A DNA stretch of 64,000 nt from Macrostomum lignano. Taxonomy: Eukaryota. Positions within the stretch are counted from its first letter, which is position 1. Each line of letters starts with the position of its first letter. A program made the translations under genes and the position numbers. Location: NCBI GenBank assembly GCA_002269645.1, contig NIVC01001639.1:26481-90480 (forward strand). Reading direction: 5' to 3'. Under the pieces are notes generated by a model that saw only the letters and a program-made list of their open reading frames with translations, did not search any database and was not told the origin of the DNA. Positions 1 to 15,934 of the stretch are shown piece by piece.

Positions 1-112
1 TTTCCTGCTTTTGCATTTGCATTGACTTTTCTAATATCTCCTTTTTCGTGTCATTGTTCGTGGTTGACTTTCTGTGTCTGAGTTCAGGTCTTCTGTGCAT
101 TCGTAAGTCGGC

Positions 113-812
113 TGTTCTCACCCTATCTCACCCTATCTTACTCCATCTACCTCCATCTAACTCTATCTCATCCTATCGCATCCCTTCTCACAATGTCTCA
201 TCCTATCTCATCCTATCTTATTTCATCTCATCCAATCTCACTCCACCTCATCATATTTCACCGTATTTCACTTCATCTATCCTTATCTAACTCCATCTCA
301 TCCTATCTCATCCCATCTCATCCCATTTCATCCCATTTCATCCCATTTCATCCCATCTCACTTCATCTTATCCAATCTCATCCTATGTCATCCCATCTCA
401 CTCCATCTCATCACATCTCACTCCATCTCATCACATCTCACCCCATCTGATCCCATCTCATCCTATCTCATCCCATCTCATCCCATTTCATCCCATTTCA
501 TCCCATCTCACTTCATCTTATCCAATCTCATCCTATGTCATCCCATCTCACTCCATCTCATCACATCTCACTCCATCTCATCACATCTCACCCCATCTGA
601 TCCCATCTCATCCTATCTCATCCCATCTCATCCCATTTCATCCCATCTCACTTCATCTTATCCCATCTCATCCTATGTCATCCCATCTCACTCCATCTCA
701 TCCCATCTCACTCCATCTCATCCCATCTCATCATGTCTCATCCCATCTCATCCCATCTCATCCCATCTCACCACATCTTATCCCATTCCATTCCATCTCA
801 ATCCATTTCAAT
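113..812. repeat. Degenerate 10-bp tandem repeat (CATCTCATCC type)
   Basis: Direct reading: tcccatctca/tcccatttca units. Confidence 0.9.
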
Positions 813-1181
813 GTCAGCCAAAAATTCTTCATATTCTGAGTTCCTTCATCTCAATGAATATTTTCCTATTAAATTCTGCCAGTCACGACCGCGAACAGCA
901 ATATCTGTTTAACTAAAACAGAAAAAAATTCTGCATTTCTCAGACTCTCATTTCGTTCCCTTCAGTGCCGGATTCCCTGCCCGAGCTGCAGCTCTAAAAA
1001 TAGACTTTAGAGTGTAGAAGAAGCAGGATTGTTAATAATCTCACTCTGTATTTCCGGGCTCCTCTTGCAGTATTTGAAGAACTTGAAAGCATCTCAGACA
1101 GACAGCAAGTGAAATGAGAATTAACGCTAATATATTGTTTGAGAACTTTCGAACAGTGACTACTCGATGAGATTGGCTCAC

Positions 1182-4100
1182 CGGTCAGCAGCTTGGACAG
1201 GGTGTCCGGGCTGCCCTCGCCCAGGACACCGGGGATGAGCCAGTAGTGGAATCGTTGGATGAACATCTTCAGGATGATGCTGGCTGGCCGGTCCTCTGAA
1301 AGCATAGGAAAGTGCGCGATGTACTTTTGAGAGTGGACTAAACTCATTTAGGGTTTAGTACTGTAATAGTGCTGGGGTGAACTAGTGTCTGATAGAGGGA
1401 GTGAACTAGTGTCTGATAGAGGGAGTGAACTAGTGTCTGATAGAGGGAGTGAACTAGTGTCTGATAGACGGAGTGAACTAGTGTCTGATAGAGGGAGTGA
1501 ACTAGTGTCTGATAGAGGGAGTGAACTAGTGTCTGATAGAGGGTGTGAACTAGTGTCTGATAGAGGGAGTGAACTAGTGTCTGATAGAGGGAGTGAACTA
1601 GTGTCTGATAGAGGGAGTGAACTAGTGTCTGATAGAGGGAGTGAACTAGTGTCTGATAGAGGGAGTGAACTAGTGTCTGATAGAGGGAGTGAACTAGTGT
1701 CTGATAGAGGGAGTGAACTAGTGTCTGATAGAGGGAGTGAACTAGTGTCTGACAAAGGGAGTGAACTAGTGTCTGATAGAGGGAGTGAACTAGTGTCTGA
1801 TAGAGGGAGTGAACTAGTGTCTGATAGAGGGAGTGAACTAGTGTCTGATAGAGGGAGTGAACTAGTGTCTGATAGAGGGAGTGAACTAGTGTCTGATAGA
1901 GGGAGTGAACTAGTGTCTGACAAAGGGAGTGAACTAGTGTCTGATAGAGGGAGTGAACTAGTGTCTGATAGAGGGAGTGAACTAGTGTCTGATAGAGGGA
2001 GTGAACTAGTGTCTGACAGAGGGAGTGAACTAGTGTCTGATAGAGGGAGTGAACTAGTGTCTGATAGAGGGAGTGAACTAGTGTCTGATAGAGGGAGTGA
2101 ACTAGTGTCTGATAGAGGGAGTGAACTAGTGTCTGATAGAGGGAGTGAACTAGTGTCTGATAGAGGGAGTGAACTAGTGGGAGTATGTTTGATTTTAATA
2201 TTTGATCAGATATGTTATTATAGTAAATTTTGTCCGAACAGCCTGATAAGAATTCATCTTACAAAGACAAATTTCACCCCCCACAGCGCAGGCCGAGCAG
2301 CCCGATGAACTTTTCCCACGCTACCGAAAAATAGGTTTATGCTCTCACAGCACTGCTCAGGGGGCTGCTGCTGGCTTCCGCCTTCTCCCTTTTTAGATGG
2401 GGCATTTTTTCTGTCCCAAAAGTTTGGCTTCGGCCGCGCGCCCACCACAATGGAGTCCATATTGTGTCCCGCGTGCATTTTTACCTTTCATTTGCCCAAT
2501 GAATTGCTTGCCCGACCGGGCTGTGATTAATGCTTTCGGGTGTTCGTATATGGTGGCTTCGGTAGTGCTTTCTACGGTTGTGCCGGGTGTTTTTTTCTGG
2601 GCTTTTTTGGGCTGCTAGCGATGTGTTTGACTGCGAGTTCATGTGTGTGCGTGTGTGTGGATGTGTGTGCGTGTGTGCGTGTGTGTGAAGAATGAAGCAG
2701 CGTGAACATGAAGAATGAAGCAGCGTGAACATGAAGAATGAAGCAGCGTGAACATGAAGAATGAAGGAGTGTGAACATGAAGAATGAAGGAGTGTGAACA
2801 TGAAGAATGAAGCAGCGTGAACATGAAGAATGAAGGAGTGTGAACATGAAGAATGAAGCAGCGTGAACATGAAGAATGAAGCAGCGTGAACATGAAGAAT
2901 GAAGGAGCGTGAACATGAAGAATGAAGCAGCGTGAACATGAAGAATGAAGGAGCGTGAACATGAAGAATGAAGCAGCGTGAACATGAAGAATGAAGCAGC
3001 GTGAACATGAAGAATGAAAGAGGGTGAACATGGAGAATGAAGGAGCGTGAACATGAAGAATGAAAGAGGGTGAACATGGAGAATGAAGGAAGGTGAACAT
3101 GAAGAATGAAGCAGCGTGAACATGAAGAATGAAGCAGCGTGAACATGAAGAATGAAGCAGCGTGAACATGAAGAATGAAGCAGCGTGAACATGGAGAATG
3201 AAGGAGCGTGAATATGAAGAATGAAGCAGCGTGAACATGGAGAATGAAGGAGCGTGAACATGAAGAATGAAGCAGCGTGAACATGGAGAATGAAGGAGCT
3301 TGAATAAAAGAATGAAGCAGCGTGAACATGGAGAATGAAGGAAGGTGAACATGGAGAATGAAGGAGCGTGAACATGGAGAATGAAGCAGCGTGAACATGG
3401 AGAATGAAGCAGCGTGAACATGGAGAATGAAGCAGCGTGAACATGGAGAATGAAGCAGCGTGAGAGAGCTTCTGCTTGCTCGGAGGCAGGCGCATTAAAT
3501 CCACTGATTTTGAAAGAAAAAATCAAATCCCAAAAGACATTCATACGCAGTGAGCAAACACAATTTTATCTCAAAATGAAATTATTAAATTCAGAAAATT
3601 CAGAAAATTCAGAAAATTCTCGCGCAGTTCCGCTTCGCTCTTGAATCCTTCAACCCTTGATGGAGTTGAAGAGGCTCAGAAGCCATTCGAGTGCCTGCGA
3701 CACTAAGGTGGGCTGCTGTCAGCTTCAATATATTGACATTTTCGCAGAGGACCTCACAGTGCGTCACTTATTCCCAGTGTGATTAATTCCTGTTTGCAGA
3801 ATATTAGACTGACTTGATGACAAAAAAAACAACTTGATAAATACAAATCTCCAGTTGACAGGTGAATTTACAGAGGCTGTCACCCGGTCGCCTCCAGGTG
3901 ACGGGAGCTGTCACAGGTTTTTGACACCCCAAAATTTTTAGCTGTCACAGCTCCTCAAACTGATAATTAAAAGCGGTGACCGCTTAGACTGAGAATGAAG
4001 GAAATGTCAATCTATGTGAATGTGCATGTAAATCGCTATTTAAATCTCTATGTCAATCTCTATGCAAATCTCTATGTCAATCTCATTGCAAATCTCTATG

Positions 4101-7100
4101 TCAATCTCTATGTCAATCTCTATGTCAATCTCTATGTCAATCTCTATGCAAATCTCTATGTCAATCTCTATGCAAATCTCTATGTCAATCTAATTGCAAA
4201 TCTCTATGTCAATCTCTATGTCAATCTCTATGTCAATCTCTATGCAAATCTCTATGTCAATCTCATTGCAAATCTCTATGTCAATCTCTATGTCAATCTC
4301 TATGCAAATCTCTATGTCAATCTCTATGCAAATCTCTATGTCAATCTAATTGCAAATCTCTATGTCAATCTCTATGTCAATCTCTATGTCAATCTCTATG
4401 CAAATCTCTATGTCAATCTCTATGCAAATCTCTATGTCAATCTCTATGTCAATCTCTATGTCAATCTCTATGCAAATCTCTATGTCAATCTCTATGTCAA
4501 TCTCTATGTCAATCTCTATGTCAATCTCTATGTCAATCTCTATGCAAATCTCTATGTCAATCTTTATGTCAATCTCTATGCAAATCTCTATGTCAATCTC
4601 TATGCAAATCTCTATGTCAATCTCTATGCAAATCTCTATGTCAATCTCTATGAAAATCTCTATGTCAATCTCTATGCAAATCTCTACGTCAATCTTTCTT
4701 TAAATCTATATATAAATCTCTATGCAAATCTTTATGTTAATCTCTACTCTCACCATGAGATTAAATATAATTGTAGAAGATTCTGAATCTTAAGATTCTG
4801 AAAATTGAGAAGTTAGAAGCCTCACAATCTCACCCTGAGAGATTGAAAAGTGGAAGAACAAGCCCCTTTATCTCACCCTGAGACAAAGTAAGCAGAGAGG
4901 GCCGGGGCGGTGCCGCCCCCAATAAAACAGATAAATTTGCAGCGCAACTGACCTGCAGGACTCAATCAGGCTAATGGAGTCGAGTTAGTTGTTTGACTGA
5001 CTATAAACTGAGCGGAGAATTCCCACCTACTCAAGCAAACAAATGGGCCCTACCCAAGCCCGACCACCTCTGGGTTCACCAGTCCAGCTAATGGCTAGTA
5101 TCAAGCTGTAAATTAACATTCCTGCAAAGACTTTTAAATAGCATCTGGACTGGAAAGCCTGATGCCCGATTTCCATTCCTTTCGATTAGTTTGTCTCCCG
5201 AATCCAGATTCTTCCCGAATCCCAATTCTTTCCGAATCCCAGTTCTTCTCGAATCAGGATTCTTCCCGAATCCCGATTCTTCCCGAATCCCGATTCTTCC
5301 CGAATCCCAATTCTTCCCGAATCCCGATTCTTCCCGAATCCCGATTCTTCCCGAATCCCGATTCTTCCCGAATCCCGATTCTTCCCGAATCCCGATTCTT
5401 CCCGAATCCCGATTCTTCCCGAATCCCGATTCTTCCCGAATCCTAATTCTTCCCGAATCCCAATTCTTCCTGAATCCCGATTCTTCCCGAATCCCGATTC
5501 TTCCCGAATCCCGATTCTTCCCGAATTCCAATTCTTCCTGAATCCCGATTCTTCCCGAATCCCGATTCTTCCTGAATCCCGATTCTTCCTGAATTCCAAT
5601 TCTTCCTGAATCCCGATTCTTCCCGAATCCCAATTCTTCCCGAATCCCAATTCTTTCCGAATCCCAGTTCTTCTCGAATCAGGATTCTTCCTGAATCCCA
5701 ATTCTTCCCGAATCCCAATTCTTCCCGAATCCCAATTCTTCCCGAATCCTAATTCTTCCCGAATCCCGATTCTTCCCGAATTCCAATTCTTCCCGAATCC
5801 CAATTCTTCCCGAATCCCAATTCTTCCCGAATCCCAATTCTTCCCGAATCCTAATTCTTCCCGAATCCCGATTCTTCCCGAATCCCAATTCTTCCCGAAT
5901 CCCGATTCTTCCCGAATCCCGATTCTTCCTGAATCCCAATTCTTCCTGAATCCCAATTCTTCCCGAATCCCGATTCTTCCCGAATTCCAATTCTTCCCGA
6001 ATTCCAATTCTTCCCGAATCCCGATTCTTCCCGAATCCCGATTCTTCCCGAATCCCGATTCTTCCTGAATCCCAATTCTTCCTGAATCCCAATTCTTCCC
6101 GAATCCCAATTCTTCCCGAATCCCGATTCTTCCCGAATTCCAATTCTTCCTGAATCCCAATTCTTCCCGAATCCCGATTCTTCCTGAATCCCAATTCTTC
6201 CCGAATCCCGATTCTTCCCGAATTCCAATTCTTCCCGAATTCCAATTCTTCCCGAATCCCAATTCTTCCCGAATCCCGATTCTTCCCGAATCCCGATTCT
6301 TCCCGAATCCCGATTCTTCCTGAATCCCAATTCTTCCTGAATCCCAATTCTTCCCGAATCCCAATTCTTCCCGAATCCCGATTCTTCCCGAATCCCGATT
6401 CTTCCCGAATCCCGATTCTTCCTGAATCCCGATTCTTCCCGAATCCCGATTCTTCCCGAATTCCAATTCTTCCTGAATCCCGATTCTTCCCGAATCCCGA
6501 TTCTTCCTGAATCCCGATTCTTCCTGAATTCCAATTCTTCCTGAATCCCGATTCTTCCCGAATCCCAATTCTTCCCGAATCCCAATTCTTCCCGAATCCC
6601 AATTCTTTCCGAATCCCAGTTCTTCTCGAATCAGGATTCTTCCTGAATCCCAATTCTTCCCGAATCCCAATTCTTCCCGAATCCCAATTCTTCCCGAATC
6701 CTAATTCTTCCCGAATCCCGATTCTTCCCGAATTCCAATTCTTCCCGAATCCCAATTCTTCCCGAATCCCAATTCTTCCCGAATCCCAATTCTTCCCGAA
6801 TCCTAATTCTTCCCGAATCCCGATTCTTCCCGAATCCCAATTCTTCCCGAATCCCAATTCTTGCCGAATCCCAGTTCTTCCAGAATCCTTCCTAAGTCTT
6901 CTGAAATCCGCAAAACTGTCATTACGATTGGTTTCAAGTCTGAGTTCACAGGACTTCTAAAAAGAGCTCCTGGACAGGTGGCGTCCCTTATCCAACCAGC
7001 ATATCGGAACTCAACCCTATCCAATAAGTCGCAGTTGCAGATGCTGTTGTTGGCAACAAGCCAATGCTTTAATACAAGGCCGCTTCCAGTCCAGATGCTA

Positions 7101-8735
7101 TTTTTAGAAGTCCACAATTGGAACAGATCCTTCTCCATTTTTCTATACACGGAAGGCTACGCATTCAATAAGGATTTATCAGCTTCTCAGATGGACTTTT
7201 GGCCATAGACAAATGCTGAGTAATCAACAACACCGAAGGCTGCTCACTGGCGGTGCACAGCGCCTTGTCCTCGTCGTAGCCGTCGATGCAGTCGGCCCGG
7301 CCGTCGCAGATGAAAGCGAACGAGAGGCACTGGCCGCTCTTGCAAGGCCACGGAGTCGAACGGGGACAGTCGTTGCCAACAACTCCGGGGCCGGCTGCGG
7401 GATCCGGTTGGGAGATTTATGGGAAAACTGAGATTTATTGAAGAACTGGGTTTTGGGAAGAATTCGGACTTGGGAAGAATTAGGATTTGGGAAGAATCGG
7501 GATTTAGAAAAAAGGGAATTAGAAAGAATTGGGGGTTTAGGGAGAATTGAAACTTAGGGAGAATCGGGATTTAGGGAAAATCGGGATTCAGGGAGAATCG
7601 GGGTTTAGGGAGAATCGGGACTTAGGGAGAATCAAGATTTAGGGAGAATCGGGACTTAGGGAGAATCAAGATTTAGGGAGAATTGGGATTTAGGGAGAAT
7701 CAAGATTTAGGGAGAATCGGGACTTAGGGAGAATCAAGATTTAGGGAGAATTGGGATTTAGGGAGAATCGGGATTTAGGGAGAATCGGGATTTAGGGAGA
7801 ATCGGGATTTAGGGAGAATCGGGATTTAGGGAGGGATCAGTATTTATGGAGAATCGGGATTTAGGGAGAATCGGGATTTAGGGAGGGATCAGGATTTATG
7901 GAGAATCGGGATTTAGGGAGAATCGGGATTTAGGGAGAATCGGGATTTAGGGAGGGATCAGGATATAAGGAGAATCGGGATTTAGGGACATTCGGGATTT
8001 AGGGAGAATCGGGATTTAGGGAGGGATTAGGATTTAGAGAGAATCGGGATTTAGGGAGAATCGGGATTTAGGGAGAATCGGGATTTAGGGAGGGATCAGG
8101 ATATAAGGAGAATCGGGATTTAGGGACATTCGGGATTTAGGGAGAATCGGGATTTAGGGAGGGATTAGGATTTAGGGAGAATCGGGATATAGGGAGAATC
8201 GGGATTTAGGGAGAATCGGGATTTAGGGAGAATCGGGATTTAGGGAGAATCGGGATTTAGGGAGAATCGGGATTTAGGGAGAATCGGGATTTAGGGAGAA
8301 TCGGGATTTAGGGAGAATCGGGATTTAGGGAGAATCGGGATTTAGGGAGAATCGGGATTTAGGGAGAATCGGGATTTAGGGAGAATCGGGATTTAGGGAG
8401 AATCGGGATTTAGGGAGAATCGGGATATAGGGAGAATCGGGATTTAGGGAGAATCGGGATTTAGGGAGAATCGGGATTTAGGGAGAATCGGGATTTAGGG
8501 AGAATCGGGATTTAGGGAGAATCGGGATTTAGGGAGAATCGGGATACTCACACTTGCCAGTCCGCATGAGCTGCCTGTAGGCGGTCGCCGAACCCAGAAG
8601 GCACAGAACGACGGCAACGGCAGTTACAAAATTGGCTGCGGGGGGTGGTTAACATGGTTTTTTGGCAAAGTTTCAAGTTGCAATCAGTGACAAATTTTCT
8701 AATACTATTAGATTAACCGGAGACTCACGACTCAT
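1182..8735 (-). CDS. Prohormone-4 / IDLSRF-like LDL-receptor class A secreted precursor, 3'-partial; join complement(8729..8735,8552..8635,7248..7394,1182..1295)
   Basis: Four exons with GT-AG sites, all phase 1 and mutually compatible. Product: MSPNFVTAVAVVLCLLGSATA (signal peptide) YRQLMRTGKSGPGVVGND CPRSTPWPCKSGQCLSFAFICDGRADCIDGYDEDKALC TAKDRPASIILKMFIQRFHYWLIPGVLGEGSPDTLSKLLT. The CDGxxDCIDGYDEDxxLCTA..RP motif matches the prohormone-4 family from memory. Final exon(s) not located. Confidence 0.8.
1377..2179. repeat. 24-bp minisatellite GTGAACTAGTGTCTGATAGAGGGA, about 33 near-perfect copies
   Basis: 24-nt period; source of the (ELVSDRGS)n ORFs. Confidence 0.97.
2641..3465. repeat. Short (GT)n-like tract followed by a 23-bp minisatellite CGTGAACATGAAGAATGAAGCAG
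   Basis: 23-nt period read directly. Confidence 0.95.
4010..4750. repeat. 12-bp minisatellite AATCTCTATG(TC/CA)
   Basis: 12-nt period; source of the (NLYV)n ORF. Confidence 0.95.
5200..6885. repeat. 17-bp minisatellite CCGATTCTTCCCGAATC with internal block duplications
   Basis: 17-nt period; a variant block (cccagttcttctcgaatcaggattc) recurs near 5240, 5665 and 6620. Confidence 0.97.
7440..8545. repeat. 17-bp minisatellite GGGATTTAGGGAGAATC, an inverted relative of the 5200-6885 array
   Basis: 17-nt period; 14/17 identical to the reverse complement of the 5200-6885 unit. Confidence 0.95.
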
Positions 8736-9394
8736 TGCCTGCCTCAGCTCTTTGCAGTTGCTTTTGTGATGAAGAAAAATCGGTTCCGCCGACTTCCAGA
8801 ATATCGTGGATTTCTAAAAGATTTGGCGAGCGTTTGTCTTCTCCTGGGCAACTCTGCTACTGCGGCAGCGGCGGCGGCAGCGGCGGAGGCTGCCGCGCTG
8901 GCAGCTCTATGATGAGGCAGGAGGGGAGGCTGGGAGGGGAATCTGCCACAGCAGCTTGGATAGGGCAGGGCCAGCAGCCAACAGAAATGAATTGCCCGAG
9001 CGTAGCAGCTCTGCTCCCAACCAGTTCAATGTTGCCACCAAAAAACTATTGGATAGATAATACAGCACAGCCCAGGTCTCAGTGAGAAGGCTTGAAACGT
9101 TTTTTTTAGAATTGAGTAGCAGATAGTCAGCTGGGGATGGGGGTTATAGCGATGAAGCTGCTGGATTCTGGGCCAACTTTTGTCATGCATAATTCAAGTT
9201 GCTAGGCTGCTACCCCCTGAGCTACCGATCTGACATTCCAGAGCCGAGAGGTGTCTGGAGTAGTCGGGCTGGTTGGTGGCCGTCCATCATGCAGTCACTC
9301 AATCCGGGGTGCTTCACTCAGTGAAGCCACAGGTGCTGCTCTGAATTGATAACTCTACGACTCAAAAAGTGGGATTGCTGCTCCGGCAGAGTAT

Positions 9395-9730
9395 GAGAGA
9401 GGGGAGAGTAGGGGAAAGGGGACAGTAGGGGAAAGGGGAGAGTAGGGGGGAGGGGAGAGTAGGTTGAGAAGGGAGAGTAGGGGAGAGGAGAGAGTAGGGG
9501 AGAGTAGGGTAGAGTAGGGTAGAGTAGGGGAAAGGGGAGAGTAGGGGGAGGGGAGAGTAGGTTGAGAAAGGAGAGTAGGGGAGGGAGAGTAGGGGAGAGT
9601 AGGGTATAGTAGGGAGAAGGGAGAGTAGGGGAGAGAGTATGGGAGAGGGGAGAGTAAGGGGAGAAGGGAGAGTAGGGGAGAGTAGGGGAGAGGGGGAGTA
9701 GGGGGGAGGGGAGAGTAGGGTAAAGAGTAG
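9395..9730. repeat. Purine-rich degenerate repeat (GGGGAGAGTA type)
   Basis: Direct reading. Confidence 0.9.
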
Positions 9731-10334
9731 GTATGCGACAGCAGGTCCCGAGTACTTGGTGCAGCCAATTCCCATTTCTGACCAGCTCCCATTGTGCTGA
9801 GCAAGCGGGTCGCATTCCAGCTTTCGCAGTCAGTAACAATGGGCCAGAAGATTTTATCGAAGACTGCAGGCAGCAAATTGCTAGCCTGAGATCTCCTCAG
9901 AAAATTTTCATTATCAATAGAACGTGTCTTTTTTCTTTAAAAAATTCTTCTCTTTAAGGAAAGAATCAGCCATGCAGCAATTTCCTCTCCCAGTCTCCCC
10001 CCTGTTCCCCATCAATTGATGCAGCAGCAGTAAGAATCAGATTCTGGGACGCAACTATTTGATCAGTCGCTGGCCTCTCAGGCCGACAGTCTGAGCAGCA
10101 GCCTCGACACTTGAGCTCGCTAAGCCAGCCGAAATCATTTCTTGGTCTGTTCAAATCTTTGGATTGCTCGGGCGGGAAGCCGCTGCGATTAGGGGGGGGG
10201 GGCAACCAGACCGGCCTAGCAACGAAGTTGGTTCGGGAAAAACTATTGTTGCGCTTGGAAACCAGAAGCAATAGGTCGGTGGGAAAAGAAATGAGTCTAA
10301 ATTTAGAAATGGGGCAAAGAGAAAAAGAATATGG

Positions 10335-10820
10335 AACTACAGAAGTGTGAATGGAGTGACTGTAGAAGTGTGAATGGAGTGACTACAGAAGTGTTAATGG
10401 AGTGACTACAGAAGCGTGAATGGAGTGACTGCAGAAGTGTGAATGGAGTGACTACAGAAGCGTGAATGTAGTGATTGCAGAAGTGTGAATGGAGTGACTA
10501 CGGAAGTGTGAATGGAGTGACTGTAGAAGTGTGAATGGAGTGACTACAGAAGTGTGAATGGAGTGACTACAGAAGCGTGAATGGAGTGACTGCAGAAGTG
10601 TGAATGGAGTGACTACAGAAGCGTGAATGTAGTGATTGCAGAAGTGTGAATGGAGTGACTACGGAAGTGTGAATGGAGTGACTGTAGAAGTGTGAATGGA
10701 GTGACTGCAGGTGTGAATGGAGTGACTACAGAAGCGTGAATGTAGTGACTGCAGAAGTGTGAATGGAGTGACTACATAAGTGTGAATGGGGTGACTACAG
10801 AAGTGTGAATGGAGTGACAA
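10335..10820. repeat. 23-bp minisatellite GAAGTGTGAATGGAGTGACTACA
   Basis: 23-nt period. Confidence 0.95.
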
Positions 10821-11169
10821 CATAAGCAATAATTCAGTGCTAACAGAAAGTGCGAAGAGGACCAGACATCAATAATAAATAAGTTTCGGGTGAAAACTCT
10901 AGCCATTTAAACTTGACCAGACAGAAAGACCTCCCCCTCACGCACCGCTAAATTTTGAATTTTTAAAGTTCATTCAACTGTAAAATATTTCTCGGCAAAT
11001 TTCTAATAAATGTAATGAGTACAAAAACTGGAGCCAGGGCTTGACTAGTCTAAGAGCCTTTGACAGATTTCAAGTCGGTTGCAAAGCTCCTTTGGGATTT
11101 GAGGGTGGTAAATTCAAGGGAAAATTATCCCACTAGTCTGGGAAGAATTTATTTTTTCGCTAGGTTGAA

Positions 11170-11770
11170 CGAGAGAGGGTAAAACAGAGGGTTGAAGCAG
11201 AGAGGGTAAAACAGAGGTTTGAAGGAGAGAGGGTAAAACAGAGGGTTGAAGCAGAGAGGGTAAAACAGAGGTTTGAAGGAGAGAGGGTAAAACAGAAGGT
11301 AGAAGAGGAGAGGGTAAAACAGAGGGTTCAAGGGGAGAGGGTAAAACAGAGGGTAGAAGAGGAGAGGGTAAAACAGAGGGTTCAAGGGGAGAGGGTAAAA
11401 CAGAGGGTAGAAGAGGAGAGGGTAAAACAGAGGGTTCAAGGGGAGAGGGTAAAACAGAGGGTTCAAGGGGAGAGGGTAAAACAGAGGGTTTAAGAGGAGA
11501 GGGTAAAACAGAGGGTTTAAGAGGAGAGGGTAAAACAGAGGTTTGAAGGAGAGAGGGTAAAACAGAGGGTAGAAGAGGAGAGGGTAAAACAGAGGGTTCA
11601 AGGGGAGAGGGGAAACCAGAGGGTTGAAGGAGAGAGGGTAAAACAGAGGGTTGAAGCAGAGAGGGTAAAACAGAGGGTTGAAGCAGAGAGGGTAAAACAG
11701 AGGGTTGAAGCAGAGAGGGTAAAACAGAGGGTAGAAGAGGAGAGGGTAAAACAGAGGGTTGAAGGGGAGA
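11170..11770. repeat. 27-bp minisatellite GAGAGGGTAAAACAGAGGGTTGAAGCA
   Basis: 27-nt period. Confidence 0.95.
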
Positions 11771-12134
11771 AGGAAGGCAATCTACATGACTCATGTAGAC
11801 TTCGTCAATTCCAGAATAGAAAACCTCTGCACAAGCCGGACGCTCGCACAAGATTTCCAGCTCTGCGGCCCCCCTCGCCCCAGATTAATTGTTTCTTTGC
11901 TAGCTGGAACAACAACAGCAGCAGCAGATTGAGCTGGCGGCAGCTGCTGGCTGGCTTAGTGGCGCAGAGAGGGAGAAGGGGGAGAGGGACACGTCAGCAC
12001 AGTTAGAGCCTTTCCGACTTCTTTTCCCTAAATTCTAGGAATAAATTCACGAGATCCCCCTGTGGGTCATCGCAGAGTCAAAACATTTCTTTTGCTTTTG
12101 TTAGCGTGCAGCGACGAACCAGTTTGTCCCGGCC

Positions 12135-15907
<3,773 letters not shown>

Positions 15908-15934
15908 AACTATTTTAACGTGAAAAGATTGCGT

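Noticed and set aside
1348-6857. Long ORFs such as (ELVSDRGS)n, (NLYV)n and (GFGKNRDSGRIGIREE)n
   Set aside because: They are translations of stop-free tandem repeats inside an intron, open on multiple frames/strands, with no coding signature.
7550-8545. Interstitial telomere (TTTAGGG/TTAGGG)
   Set aside because: The hexamer is embedded in a 17-bp unit related to a non-telomeric array, not a pure telomeric run.
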